In this document: positions 42,244 through 55,500 of the stretch, one piece after another
Layout: every line of letters begins with the position of its first letter
Position numbering within the stretch: the first letter of the stretch is position 1
Source of the DNA: Balanoglossus misakiensis
Taxonomy: Eukaryota; Animalia; Hemichordata
Assembly: GCA_040954595.2 (NCBI GenBank)
Contig: CM082592.2
Span: 8,977,677 to 9,041,676, forward strand
Reading direction: 5' to 3'
DNA length: 64,000 nt
The notes under the pieces: model-generated
What the model saw: only the letters and a program-made list of their open reading frames with translations
Told to the model about the DNA's origin: nothing
The model's database searches: none
Position numbers and translations under genes: made by a program

Positions 42244-45200
42244 CCTCTCTCTCTCTCTCTGTTTCTTCCCATTAAATCTGTCACCAGCTCCGTGGAACAA
42301 ATGAGCAGGATTTCAAAAATAGTTTTGGCCACAAAGTGAAACTACCGGTACCTGCATATTCCAAAATTTCACAGTGTGTAGTGAAAATACATTCTCCTTT
42401 TGGCTATGTTTTACCAAAAAACGACAATGATATACTGTTTCATGTTCCGATACGCTAGAAACAGTCATGATGTGAAGTAGAATATCATCTCTCCTATCAC
42501 TGATTTTTCCGTTTGAAATTTTCTAGGTAGTGTAGTAATCGGCGGCTCAATAAATGGCAAAGGCGCAATTCTTATTGAAGCCACCAATGTCGGCCCAGAC
42601 AGTGCCTTATCGCAGATTGTGAGTCTGGTTGAAGCTGCCCAGACATCCAAGGTAAAAACAAAAATTGCATTGTTTGCAAAGAAAACAGAAGGCCATTGTC
42701 TGAGTCAAAGGGATTGTACAGTACTTTGTGCCAATTGCCTTGAAAAAAAAGATTGTTTGCTTTAATATATTGCTGTACTTGAAGGCTCATAGCAGTGAAA
42801 CACTGCAGATTTTCTATTATCGGGAGATAGAAGTTGTTTGGAATATCGTCAGATATGTTACTTCATTACTAAATGTACATCTAGTTACGATGATTTCTTT
42901 TTTTTTTTGCTTCTTAGGCACCAATCCAGAGAATAGCTGATAAGATTGCTGGGATATTTGTACCGATGGTGTTAGTGTTGTCTCTGACCACTCTGGTTGT
43001 GTGGCTCATCATTGGATACGTAGACGTGAGTCTGGTCCCGCACCGAGGGGAGGTCAGTGTAGTAGTGAAATTACAAGCAAACATACATAAAATGTACATA
43101 TATACCAAGCAATGGAATCTCTCACATTGTTATCTTTGTGCTTCTTTTATAAAATATCTCATCTGAATTGTGACAGAGCTCTGTCCAGAGGTCAGTAGAC
43201 ATAAAAGTGCAGTGGTAGTTTGATAGATATCCGTCTGTCACCATAGAAACATGTCCTCTCAACTTTTTTTGTCTTCAGACTGAAGCCATGGGGAAAGAGG
43301 AGATTGTCTTGTCTTTTGCCTTCTCGTGTGCTGTGGCAGTCATGGTCATCGCGTGCGCATGCGGTCTCGGGTTGGCTACCCCTACAGCAGTAATGGTTGG
43401 TACCGGCCTGGGTGCCCAAAATGGCATCTTGATACGGGGAGGGGAACCGTTGGAGACGGCCCATAAGGTAGGTTTTAAATGATGTCTTTAATTTATCTCG
43501 TTAGTGAATTGGCGGCAATCAACGTAGCGTTATCAGCCAATTTCATGGTCTGTAGGTGAACTTGCACAGCTATTTTGTGTGATCTCTGGTAAAATGGTTC
43601 CATTCGTCTGATTGGCAGGTGAAAACAGTGGTGTTTGATAAGACTGGAACCATCACCCATGGTGTTCCCAAAGTGGTTCGGGTCGTGACGTTCAAACTGA
43701 TCGAGTTCACCGAAGAACGTATCCTGGCCATCGCCGGCACTGCAGAAGCCGACAGCGAACACCCTATCGGTATGGCCATAGTCACGGCCGCAAAAGAGGT
43801 AATGAAATCAGGGAAACTGTTGCCCAATTCTCTGCGTAAAGAGAGTCAAATGTCAAGTATACTGATACCAGCTTGAAATTTGGGCATCTTTCATCAGATT
43901 CTCAATATTGTCTGTTGTGCCACATTCTTTTTAAAATCCTGTGTACTTAAGTATTACCACAGCATGGTGGTACTCAATTACTAATTTTATTTTTTCTGGC
44001 ATGTCCCAGGCGTTTGGAGTTGACATTCTTGGCAAATGTGACGACTTTCAGTCAGAGCCCGGATACGGATTACAGTGTACAGTGAGCGGAATCGAAAAAC
44101 TGGGCAGTGAAGTGGAAAATACGCTTGAAGACCATGGAGAGGATGGAAACGGTGAAGTAAAAAGTCAAACGAATGGTGAGTGACATACAAGTTGATTTTC
44201 TTTTCCTCCTTCCGACACTCAGCAGTTCAAAAGTCACACCTACACTCAGACTACACTATTCATGTCCATGAAACCCCCTTTTTTATTCCTTCCATTGCAA
44301 AGAGCCCTACAATGTGTTGATAGGCAACAGAAATTGGATGAAAAACAATGGTTTGAAGGTGACTGACCTAGCTGACCACGCTATGACCATCCAGGAGCGC
44401 AAGGGTCAAACATCTGTATTGGTGGCAGTCAATGGTAAGGTCACATGGCAATTTTTTCAATGCTCTCGATGTATGTACCAGTAGTATTATTTTAAATACA
44501 AAACAGGATATGTAAATTGGATGCTATAAAAAGTAACTTATTTTTTATCACAGCCAAATTTAGCTGACTTTTAGTACCCAGTCAATATGTCCTTTTTTAT
44601 GTTTAACACCATTTAATAGTTCGAAAGATGTTGAATGAATGCTATTCACACAAGGTATTGAAGTTTGACTGAAAGCGTATCAATATCTGTAGAGCGTATT
44701 AATTAACACAGTTTGTAGAATTTTCACTGAACTATTTTCCTCTTGCTTTCCTGTTTGAATTGGCAGGCGAGGTTGTCGGAATGATAGCTGTGGCCGACAC
44801 GATAAAACCCGAGGCCTTTCATGCCATTGGACACTTGAAACACCTGGGTTTACGTGTGGTGTTGTTGACAGGTGATAACCGCAGGACAGCCCATGCCATT
44901 GCTGAACAGGTACGGCCATTCTGTGATGTAAAAGAGGTTTTGATTGGCTGAAATGATGGCATGTCTCAATTCAGTGTAGTTGATCAGCCAATCATCAGAG
45001 AGAACTGAATGTGTTAAGGATGTATATGTAAAGCTCAGCAAAACAAGTGGCCTGTGGTTTTCCAGTGCAAAAGTATTTCTCACATTGGTTCTCCTTTACA
45101 GGCCGGCATAGATGAAGTCTTCGCAGAGGTCTTGCCATCACATAAACTTGACAAGATCAAAGAGCTTCAGCAAGATCACCCAGTTGCCATGGTAGGGGAC

Positions 45201-46111
45201 GGGGTCAACGACTCGCCAGCCCTTGCCCAGGCGGACGTGGGCATCGCCATAGGAACAGGAACTGACGTCGCTGTGGACGCCGCTGATATTGTCCTCATCA
45301 GGGTAAGTTGTCTGGTCACCGTAGTAACCCTTTGTTTGAAAATCAATTATTACGAACCGTGTCCATGTCATAAATTGTGCTGTCTTCATTTCATCTTACA
45401 GAGTGACCTGTGGGATGTGGCAGCAGCCATCGACTTATCTCATTATATTGTTCGACGAATCAGGATCAATTTCTTTCTAGCTGTGGCCTATAATTTCTCT
45501 GCAATACCAATTGCAGCTGGTGAGTATAATAACAAAGACACACAACATTGTTTTCCTGCACAGTGAAGTAAGTTGCATACAGTGTCACGCACACATTCAG
45601 GTACTCTACCAGTCTTGGACTGTTGGAATAATTTTCTACTTTGTGCTTTCAGGTGTATTGGCTCCAGTTGGAATCTATTTACAGCCATGGATGGCTGCCG
45701 TGGCGGAAGCCTTCTCAACTTGTGCTGTCATCCTTTCATCTTTACTGTTGAAACTGTAAGTTCTTCCTGAGGATCCCTCTTGAGAAGTGGTTTAATGTGT
45801 GACATCATCGAGAACTAACTTATTTGAATGAAACTGAAGCTGTCAGATGCATTTTTTCAAATAACTGTTGAAGTTTTTAAAGCGAAAGAAGTTGAAGTCA
45901 CAGGATTGTTTGATATAGCGCCACCTTGTGGCACTGAATTGGGTTTACATGTATTTTGTTTTCTTTTGGCCTACAGCAAACAACCTCATAATCCTTATTT
46001 TCAATCTCATTCAGGTACAAGAAACCGAACTATTCTGAAATAAAGAAGGAGAAACGTGCAGGACAGTACAAGTCTATAAAGGGTGATGAGGAGCTTGGCG
46101 ATATGAAGTAG
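38553..46111 (+). CDS. ATP7: ATP7-like P1B-type heavy-metal-transporting ATPase with Cys-rich N-terminus and two HMA domains (~1315 aa, 18 coding exons)
   Basis: Exons 38553-39870, 40054-40214, 40658-40819, 40987-41069, 41240-41390, 41555-41788, 41934-42183, 42527-42651, 42918-43052, 43279-43467, 43619-43798, 44010-44175, 44303-44434, 44767-44909, 45102-45302, 45402-45519, 45653-45755 and 46015-46111 (3948 nt) join in phase. Motifs: [73 protein letters not shown]. Likely a divergent paralog rather than the canonical Cu pump. Confidence 0.93.
42223..42260. repeat. (CT)n microsatellite in an ATP7-like intron
   Basis: ctctctctct... with one ccc interruption. Confidence 0.9.
45918..45932 (-). 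promoter_or_regulatory. CTCF-like site in the last intron of the ATP7-like gene
   Basis: gcgccaccttgtggc; reverse complement GCCACAAGGTGGCGC. Confidence 0.45.
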
Positions 46112-49100
46112 CAAGCATACTGATAACCAGTTTTCTTCAACCATGACACTATTTAAATACATTTACGGTTGCCAGTTGTTTACTCCTTTACCAGTCTCCT
46201 ATTTTTTCACCATGCCTCATTTTTCTTAAACATATAGCCCCTCCACTTTTAGCTTTTAATGGCGCCCGTTTTCTTCGTCTCATCAAAAATTAACAAGAAC
46301 AAGTCTTGCGTAAAAAGGACACATACTGACCTACTTCTGGGTTGAGCAGATTTTGATTTCCTCGCCCACTCTCTTGGCGTCTGATATAGACATTTTGTTA
46401 GCCCTACGGCAAATGACTTTATAACCTGGCTACACGGCTGAAGATTTTAACAAGATTATGAGTCGTTCGATGTTTTTACTTCGCATCATTTGCTTTCTTA
46501 ACATCATCAAACATCGAGGCTCTGATTTCACTGACGGATCTACGCCTCGTTGGCACAGGTAGCTTTGTTCTAAATATGGAATCGTGCACAAAATTGAACT
46601 CGGGGGTCATCTTGGGAAAAGTGTCAGATGATATGTTCTGTCAATCACAAAGAAATCTTAGGCTTTTAGTGTTTATCATAGTCTTATACTGGTATTTTGG
46701 TAAACTTGGATTTAATAAATATCCTCAGGTTGAAAAGTTTCATTTTGATCACTTGCACAATGTTATATTTTTGTATTAATATACAGTGTCACATACTAAT
46801 CAAAGTTGAAATGCAATATTTAATCTGTTGTGAGAATTTTTATCAAGGACATCATGAGGCTTTTTGAAGATCTAACATTGGTGTACATGTTAGTTCATCA
46901 CATGATACCGGTATGTATAAAATGGGTTCTTTTTCTTCATTTACTATCAGTTTGATTTCTGCCATTTATTGTAGTTGTAATGATGGTTGTTAGAGTGATG
47001 TAGGTGTAGGGTTTTTTATGGGTGGGCAAAACAAGAAATGTTTGGTAGATTTGTGATTATTGGTCACAAATTTTTAAACATACTTTGTCAACAAGATGAA
47101 ATGCATAATATATTTTAAACTAAATATATATTTTCAAGTTTAATGTTGTAGTTGCCCACTTTGGAATTTTGAACCAAAAAAATATTTGTTATTTTGAAGT
47201 GAATGAGGCTTTTGTGAATTTATCACAATTTGCCTTTAATATTTCATCATCATGATATCAGGGAGGATTTCTGAAGTTGTATTTTTGATTTTAGTGGTCA
47301 ATTTTGTTAAAGTATTTGTAGTTACATTTACGCAATGTATGAAGTGTTGGTTGGGAATGCAGCCTTTCAGAAAAATTTGTACCATCATGTCTAGCAACTG
47401 GCTCTTCAGTCTGAGATATCAATTTTTAAATAAACATCTACCATGAATTGAAATGAATTCAGTTTTATCTTTCCAATTTTATAACATTCCTACATTCCAG
47501 CTTGATTGATTGATTGAAGAGAACACCCCCCCCCCCACACACACACCAACACACACATTCAGTTGCATAGCTCCCTCAAGCAGCCAAGCTTTGGATGTAA
47601 TAGCCACAGCCCTGTAATACCCATAACCTTCAGCTATAATTTAAATGTGTCCTACATAAAGCTACTTGTTATTCAGCACGACTTGTACTAATGGATATGC
47701 TTGAATGTCAAAAACAAGCAAATCACACAGATTGCCAATTTCAAACATATCAAAATCTGACAAAACAGATCACTTTATGAAATTGCTAATGACAGACCAC
47801 CCAAAACAATTCTGCATTTTTTTATATGTTCACTCTTTAATATGAAACGCATCGCAAAATATTTACAGCCTATTTTAACTTGTATATGAAATCCAGATAA
47901 AATAGTTTCCTCTTCTCAAAAATATATACAAAGACAAAACAGCACGGTTAGGTTCAGGATATTGCTCATTGAATTCTGAACAAATTATATATTACGGAAC
48001 ATCAATAATTTATACTAACATTCTGTACCTTGTACTAATGGATTTTTTATAATTTTCACATCCTGTAAGATTTGTTTGGCATTTTAAGCTAATGGGCAAA
48101 TCATACTTATATATAACAACATATATAACAAGTGATTCTGAATATTTACTTCAAATTGACATTTTGTTAGTTTCAAGTGAAAACAGACATCAATGCTTTT
48201 GTTCTGGTTTCATGCCTATCCATAGATATATTCATTCCTGAAAATTTGAGAGAAATTTCCTGAGCTCCTTGCATATCATTTTGTTAATTATTTTAGAAGC
48301 ATCTTTCACTCCAGTGTTTATGACAAAAGGCACATTTGAAGGATTCACAAGAGAGCTTCAATCAAATTACGCATTCCTACCCTTGCTATAAAAAAGATTG
48401 ACTTTTACACACACCTTTTTGAAGGCACATTTTGGGGATGGGTCACATCACGGAAAAGTACAAATGATTAATTTTTGAAAATTTGAAAACTACTTTTGTT
48501 CTATAGATAACAGAACAGATTTGTACCTTCAAAGTCACTCAAAATCTCACAGGACTTTCCTGAAGTATGTGAGATCAAAGATGCACGTTTAAGTTTTACT
48601 ATTAAAGTGACTGGTTTTACTATAATGTATAAACACAACACTGTTTGCCAATTTTAATCTGCTTTTATACTTTTTTTCTGAATATGCCTTCAGGATAATC
48701 TGATCAGACCATATTGTTTATGATTATAACATTGACTCCAAAATCCCGAAGACTGAATATCAACTCACGATTCTACGGATGTGAGCTCCTCTGAACGTCA
48801 CTGCTCAGATCTGAAACACGGCTGAACTCAAACCTCAGCTGAACTATGACCTCAAAACTAATTAAAAATGGCAACTTTGCTTCAGAAAGTCTTTTCGTAA
48901 AGCATTTATACTGGGCATACAATCACGAATCAATGAAATAAATGTTGTAATTACCGACGGAAAGCTGGTCAAAATTTGACACACAAATATACAGATCACG
49001 AAATATGATTGAGATTTAATATCTGGACTTATCCGAAGATCACGGACGAATCCATACACAGACATGATTATTATTTTTTAAGTGAACATCACGCATCATT

Positions 49101-49527
49101 TTCCTCCACATGGGTTCATTGAACCCCTACTTATACCTGTATAATGACGATTTGACTTTATACAAGACCCCTGTTCCAGCAAACGGCAATACCTATGCAG
49201 TATTCAAAATAGTATTTAGTTTACAACTGCTAGGACGGAATAATAAAAATTTGGTTGAAACTGGAATGCCAAAGATTTGTTTGACATCACAAACAGCAAC
49301 TGGCTGCTGTTGCAACTAATGGGAAACTACTACTACATTATATTGTACATTTTAAAAATAAATGTGAAATGTTCTGCACAGCAAATCAAGTGACTACAGT
49401 TGGTTGGGTGACGTATAAGATTCAAAATCCAATCTGTTCTGTGTCCTGTTCTTGGGATTCTGTAGTGAATGGAAGTTCCGCCCGACATGAGGCATTTGTT
49501 GAAGACTTTTGAATTTTTTCTCTGTCT

Positions 49528-52500
49528 CTAGACGGCGACATGAACTAATACTGCGGTTGACCCTGAATCGTCCTCTTCCATCTTCTTGTTGAAGTCCGAG
49601 GTGGTCATGACAAGCTCACTGTGAGAGGGAGGGGGAGGGAGAGATACGTTCGGATTAAGTGTACAGATCTTGCAGCGTTGGCAAAACACTTCCCCGGGTC
49701 AGAGCTCCTATGTCAGTAGTTGAATTTACACTGTTTCCATCAAATAACAAGACTCACAATTTATACATTAATTACTACAGACACGTAAGCTGGACAAAGC
49801 TTCACTGCAATGGGTCTGCAGTTGTTGTTTTACCCGCAAGTATTCACCATTAAAACAACAGAGAATAAAAGGCAAATTAACAAACACAACAAATCACAAC
49901 CACACTGATATTTACAGCTTAATAGCAAAAGGAAGCCTATATGATATACAGCAAATGCATCGTACACTGTCGCATGTCTGACAATGCAGTTCACAGATAG
50001 CTAATTTTACATATGTCCAGTTAAAACTACCAGCAACACACAGTATGTTCTCTGAATGTTCTTTCACGACCCATGGAAATTAAGCCCCAAATAGCTGTAA
50101 CTTTTTCAAACGAATTTTTTCCCCCAGTCTTTTGGATGTACACAAAGCATCGCGACTTCTTCATCCTGTTTGTTGCACGTTTAAAACTGATTGGAGAACA
50201 GTGCTAAGACTAGCAAAGCATGCAGTTGCCCGCCCACTCTCATCCGGCTTGTGGTTCAGACCGGAATGTATTCTTCATTACCGGGAATATCCCCCGGGGG
50301 GTGCAGGGGGCAAGATGGCAACTCCATGGGGATGCCGTAATTAAGTGTGTTTGGTGAGATTACTCGCAGAATATTCATTTATTTCGGGTGCGTGGCTGCA
50401 GGCAAGCTGATAATTCCACGTCGTGATCGAGTCATTCTTTTAGATTTGTTGCCAATATGCCATGGCACGGAAGTTGGATAGCTATTGACATAATTATGAA
50501 AGTGGTGCTTTATCAATGTGTTTTCTCTACAGAAACAGATTGCTGGGTAAGCACACCAAAAGGCTGGGGAAAAAACCTAAGTCACAGCTGATTGGGACCA
50601 GAAACACTAAAATCCTTCCCCGCTTAAAACATCACACCCTCCGACACCTTGGAATTCACGACACACAACATAATATGTAAATTTTTGCAACTAATTTGCA
50701 TGGCATTCTGCACACATCTGGTCTGCTTTGTATATAAAGGGGTTCAGAGAGATTAATTTTTAATTAAGAAATATTAATAAAAGTAAGAAGACATGCCTGA
50801 TCAGGCTTGTACTGTGCCTTGAAAGGTGAAGAAAGAGAAACATCAATATGAGTGCATTGGTTAGGTGAATTGGTCACACACAGGTGTAACAGCAATGGGA
50901 TAAAAAAGTTACCAAGATTTACACTTGTACTTCAACCACAGGAACTCTACTACTCAGAATGCAATGAAAGCATTTCAGTTTTTCACACCATTTTAATACT
51001 CTTGCACGTGGCAGGAATTTTTTAAGTTTTTGGCATGATTTGAGATTGTTTTTAAAAAAAGACATTTCGGATTCTGAGTTTTAATACAGAGGTGCTTGGG
51101 AACTCATCCTTTTGCTGTTGTGTGAATCTGGGGTGATGGATGTACGAGCTGCTTGTTATATACATCCTGGTATAAGGTGAGGACAGGTTTTTAACGGATT
51201 CGACATGATATCACAACACATTATACAGAAAAATTACATACACATAATATCACTCTTTAGGTAAGTGTCATATTGTCCAATATAAGAATTAAAACTCACA
51301 ATTAGAACACATTTTTATGCAATCTTTCAGAAACCACTTTTGTTCAAAAGTAATAAAATATTCAGACCCTTTTCAACAGACACACATTTCAACTGCACAC
51401 ACCAAATTCTACACCGTCTAGTTTCACAAAATGAAGCCATAGGTTTATAGGTCAAATGTACATTAATCAGACCCCCTAAGAAGGAGGGCATCTTAAATGA
51501 GCCCCCTTAAGGAAGTCATTCTTAATGAACTACCCAGGCTGTAAATTATTAGCAAACCACCTAGAGTGCAGATAATTCACCATGAACAACCCAGGTTTCT
51601 GATCACTTAGTTGAGCTCCTGGAATATTTAAGATCACACCACGGTGACCCCATCCAGGTCACCCAAACAGGACTCCCTAGGATGACTTGTTCACAATGAA
51701 CCATCTAAGTTACTGTTGATCTTTGTCAATAGCTCCCTAGGTTAATGAAAATGTGATGAACTCCCTAGTGAAACACAGGCAGTGTGGACCTTGGGGGGAT
51801 TAGTACGTTTTGATTACTTCTGCACCCACCTTGTTTACATAGCCAAGATATAACTCACTGAAAGTGGCGTGGATGAGATGAGAGATCAGATCAGATCATT
51901 CAGCATGCAAATGATGCAGATAAATGGCAGTGGTGATTGACATACCAAACAGAAAGACAGAGAGAGAGAGATAAAAAAACAACAACACCACACAAATTCG
52001 TGAGGGTGAATTGACCTTCATGCACTGGTCAGTACGATTAGACACGGCACACGGTGAAAACATGTGTTAAAAACATGAATGGGTTATAACAATTATTCAC
52101 ACGTAACGATGGTAATGAGTGATATGCAGAAATCAGGGAGTAACCCAAGAAATATTTTCACACATGATGCGATGTGTGTGTATATGTGTGTCTGCGTGTG
52201 AGTGTGCAAACGATTACAATGGAGAATGCGGCATCTGTAAGCACAAACACAGTGACTGTCGAGCTGAGAGAGGCTGTCTACTAAAATCTTTAACACACGA
52301 TTTTTCACAAAATCATTGTTAGTTTCAAAAACAGTTTCACAAAATTGAAAACTTAAAGGACGGACAATTCTCTAATTTTTTTAACAACTACAGGAAACAC
52401 ATTAAGATGAGGCAATGAACACCAGCTAGGGTTAGTCTCTACATTCTTTTTTCTCACAAGCAAGCAAAGTGGCAGTTGTGTTCTGTTTACTCTTACCTTC

Positions 52501-55500
52501 TTCGAGTAGCACATATAAAGCTCACTGATTTGGGGAGGCATGCAGAGAATGGGAGAAGCACAGGAGGGAGAAATAGGAGAGAGAGAGAAATTGCAACATG
52601 CAAATGAGTAGCTAGAAAATGGAACATGCAAATGAGTAGCTAGCAGTGGTATGATTGGTGGATAGATGATATTTAAATATTTAGCATGCAAATGAGTAGC
52701 TTGGGTGCCAAAGCACTGGTTGCCATTTTGTTTTTATAACGTCTTCAAAACTTCAACATCAGTAGTTTTTGAAAATCAAACATTATGATTTACTGTACAA
52801 GGCAAAATAGCACCAGTGCTGGCAACTACTGTTCTACATAGAGTAACATCTGATTTCAGCCATGCAACTTACACAAGCTCACACTATGCTCATATAATTT
52901 GTATGGATTATTTAACATCCTATGAGAGAAGAGAGTGTGTTATTTAATATGCAAATATATGCAGTGTATGTGAATATATGCAAAATCATGCAAATTGTAA
53001 TGACAGTATGCGGTGTTCTTACATGGACACTTTAATAATGCCTTAAGTGTCTGTGCCTTCAATCATTTTATTTATCTATTGCTGCAGTTAACTCCACAAG
53101 TAGGCTGTTGACCCTCTACCACATTGAAACTTAGAATGCTTTTCTTATTAATGCTGTAAGGGGTTAAGCGTGTTTGACCTCATCTTGATTCAAGATTTAA
53201 ATATAATTTCTTTGCCACATGGAGACAGCATCCCTTCAACATAGTTTTGTGTCGCGATTTTGAAGTGAAGTGTGTTGAAACAACTGTAGCGATTTTGTGT
53301 ATGCATGCATGCATATGCATGTGTGCATGTGTTTGACATCAACTTCTGTACCAAGCATTTCTGATTTGAACATATCTTCAAAGTAAACGGCATTTATTAT
53401 AAATGTATGGGTTTTCTTTTCAATTACAAAGGTCTCCATAGATCTGAAATCAGAAATGCTTGATATTCATGTATATACATATTTACTTTTTTTGGCATGA
53501 AAATGTGTGCACCCTTTTGGTCAATAACTGCTTTCTATGCAATGCAATGCACATGACGCAATACACACTTGCCACACACAATATCAAATGCAGCATTTCG
53601 TGTGTGGCTTCAAAACTTGTACATGATAAAAAAGAAATCAAGATAATTGTGTTCATGAAAAGAAAAAAGGGTTGCAGTATGTGGTGAGCAAAATCTCCAT
53701 GGTGATCATTAACATAAATAACTGTCACACACAGTTTACGGCGCGGTGTACAATGTTCATTTTCCCATCACCACAATGACAAAGCTCTGTAAGAACTCGA
53801 AGTTTAATTTCTGAAAACTATTTCTAACACTGACTCCCACAAAGGGACCGTGAATGAACCATATCACAGCAAAGATTTCTACCATTGTTTTGTCTGTACC
53901 TGGAGTCGTTACATTTTCACAGCTTTGGGCAGATGTGACCAATTATTTATGATCACCGTGGTGTTATATATTCAGTGTGAAACATGCAAAAATGTGTGTA
54001 ATTGCTGTTAAACTTCGAGTTCTGAAAACGCAACACCCGGTGTCTTCCGTCTAATCCACACGCGGCTGGAAAATCGGTGTCTATCCTTTTTTTTTTAAAC
54101 CTGCCGTGAAGCTTTGTACTTACCAGGGTAAAGAATTAACAAACCAAAGAGTGTTTCTGAGAGACTTAACTTTTACAACAATTAGTGACACACGATTACG
54201 AGATGTGCAGGTTAGACACCTTGCTTTAGGCAGGCAGCATGCATTACAGACTGATCGATCACATTGTATGCACTTTTACCATTCACAGTTCAATTTACAA
54301 TGACCTTGACTTACAGCTTGCCGGGTGCATGCAGTTTTCTTGGTGAAAATTTCACGTTCTCAAATGGCTATATCCAAATAGGGGCCATTGTCCATTGATA
54401 TTAAACAAAGATGGGACATTACAAGTATAATGGGGAGAGATGGCAGAAAACTGCATCCACTGTGAAATTCTATAAGTCAAGGTGTGAAATACCATACATG
54501 CATACCACACTCCTTATATTTACATGCCTAGATCTAGAACTATGTGCCAAATTGCAATTACATCGCAGCTCTATACAGCGTTAGACTTAGCTTTAAAACC
54601 AGATGCAAAATACCCTTTTTCAAATTAGAGTCTATAATCTACAGTTTAAACTGCGCCATCATTGGGATAAAACTTAGTATCGTATTAACAAGCAGGGGAA
54701 GGAGGTTTACATCTATACCGATTAAAATTCTATCATAAAATAAAATTGGAGTGGCATTTGTCTTTAGTCTCGGATGGGGTGGCCATATACATACCAACCG
54801 CAGTGTAATAAGCCTGTTGTAGCGTCGTGCACATTATTTACAGGGAATAGGAAGAAATTACGACAGAGAAAAAAAACAAACGAGAAACTCGGAATTAGTA
54901 AATTGGGATTCCGTGACTGGATGTAGAAAAACGGGGAAATGGTTAGATGAGTGGAACGTAATCTGACCCAGACAACAACATGTACACGTAGACACACATA
55001 CACAATGTGAGTGAATGCTGCGTGGAGTGCATGAGTGTGCTTAAGATTTGATTTTTACATTTTATTCAGATTGTGTAGAATGGCAAGTGTCCTTTTAACC
55101 CTTTCACCCCCAGTTCCCTCTTTAGTGGTCCAACCTTGCCATAGAAAACAATGGGTTTGGACTGAACCATGGTGGTGAAAGGGTAAAGACAGCGTTGCAT
55201 CTGGGATTGCTAGTGAAGTTCTTGGAATGTCTACCGTGGGACTGCTATTTGCTTGTTTTGAAGAGTGGTGTTGTTTTTTGTGATCTGCTGCGTCAACTTC
55301 AAAGCTGCAACTTATCTGTACACAAAGAATCCGAAATTACAAGATAAAGGAGTTTCCCTAAGAATGCCAGCAAATGGGTTTTGAGCCAGGGATCAATTCA
55401 GTAGCGAGATCTACAGCACCATGTGATTGTTGCAGCCAAAATTACACATGTAACAAATAATGGCAAAAACATTGCAGACATAAAGACAAGCATGACATCA

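Noticed and set aside
38553-46111. ATP7-like gene as a pseudogene
   Set aside because: All 18 exons have canonical junctions in phase, I found no stops or frameshifts, and the catalytic motifs are intact.
51470-51768. Repeat-spacer array as a possible CRISPR
   Set aside because: Eukaryotic intron, cores are short and degenerate, and there are no cas genes.
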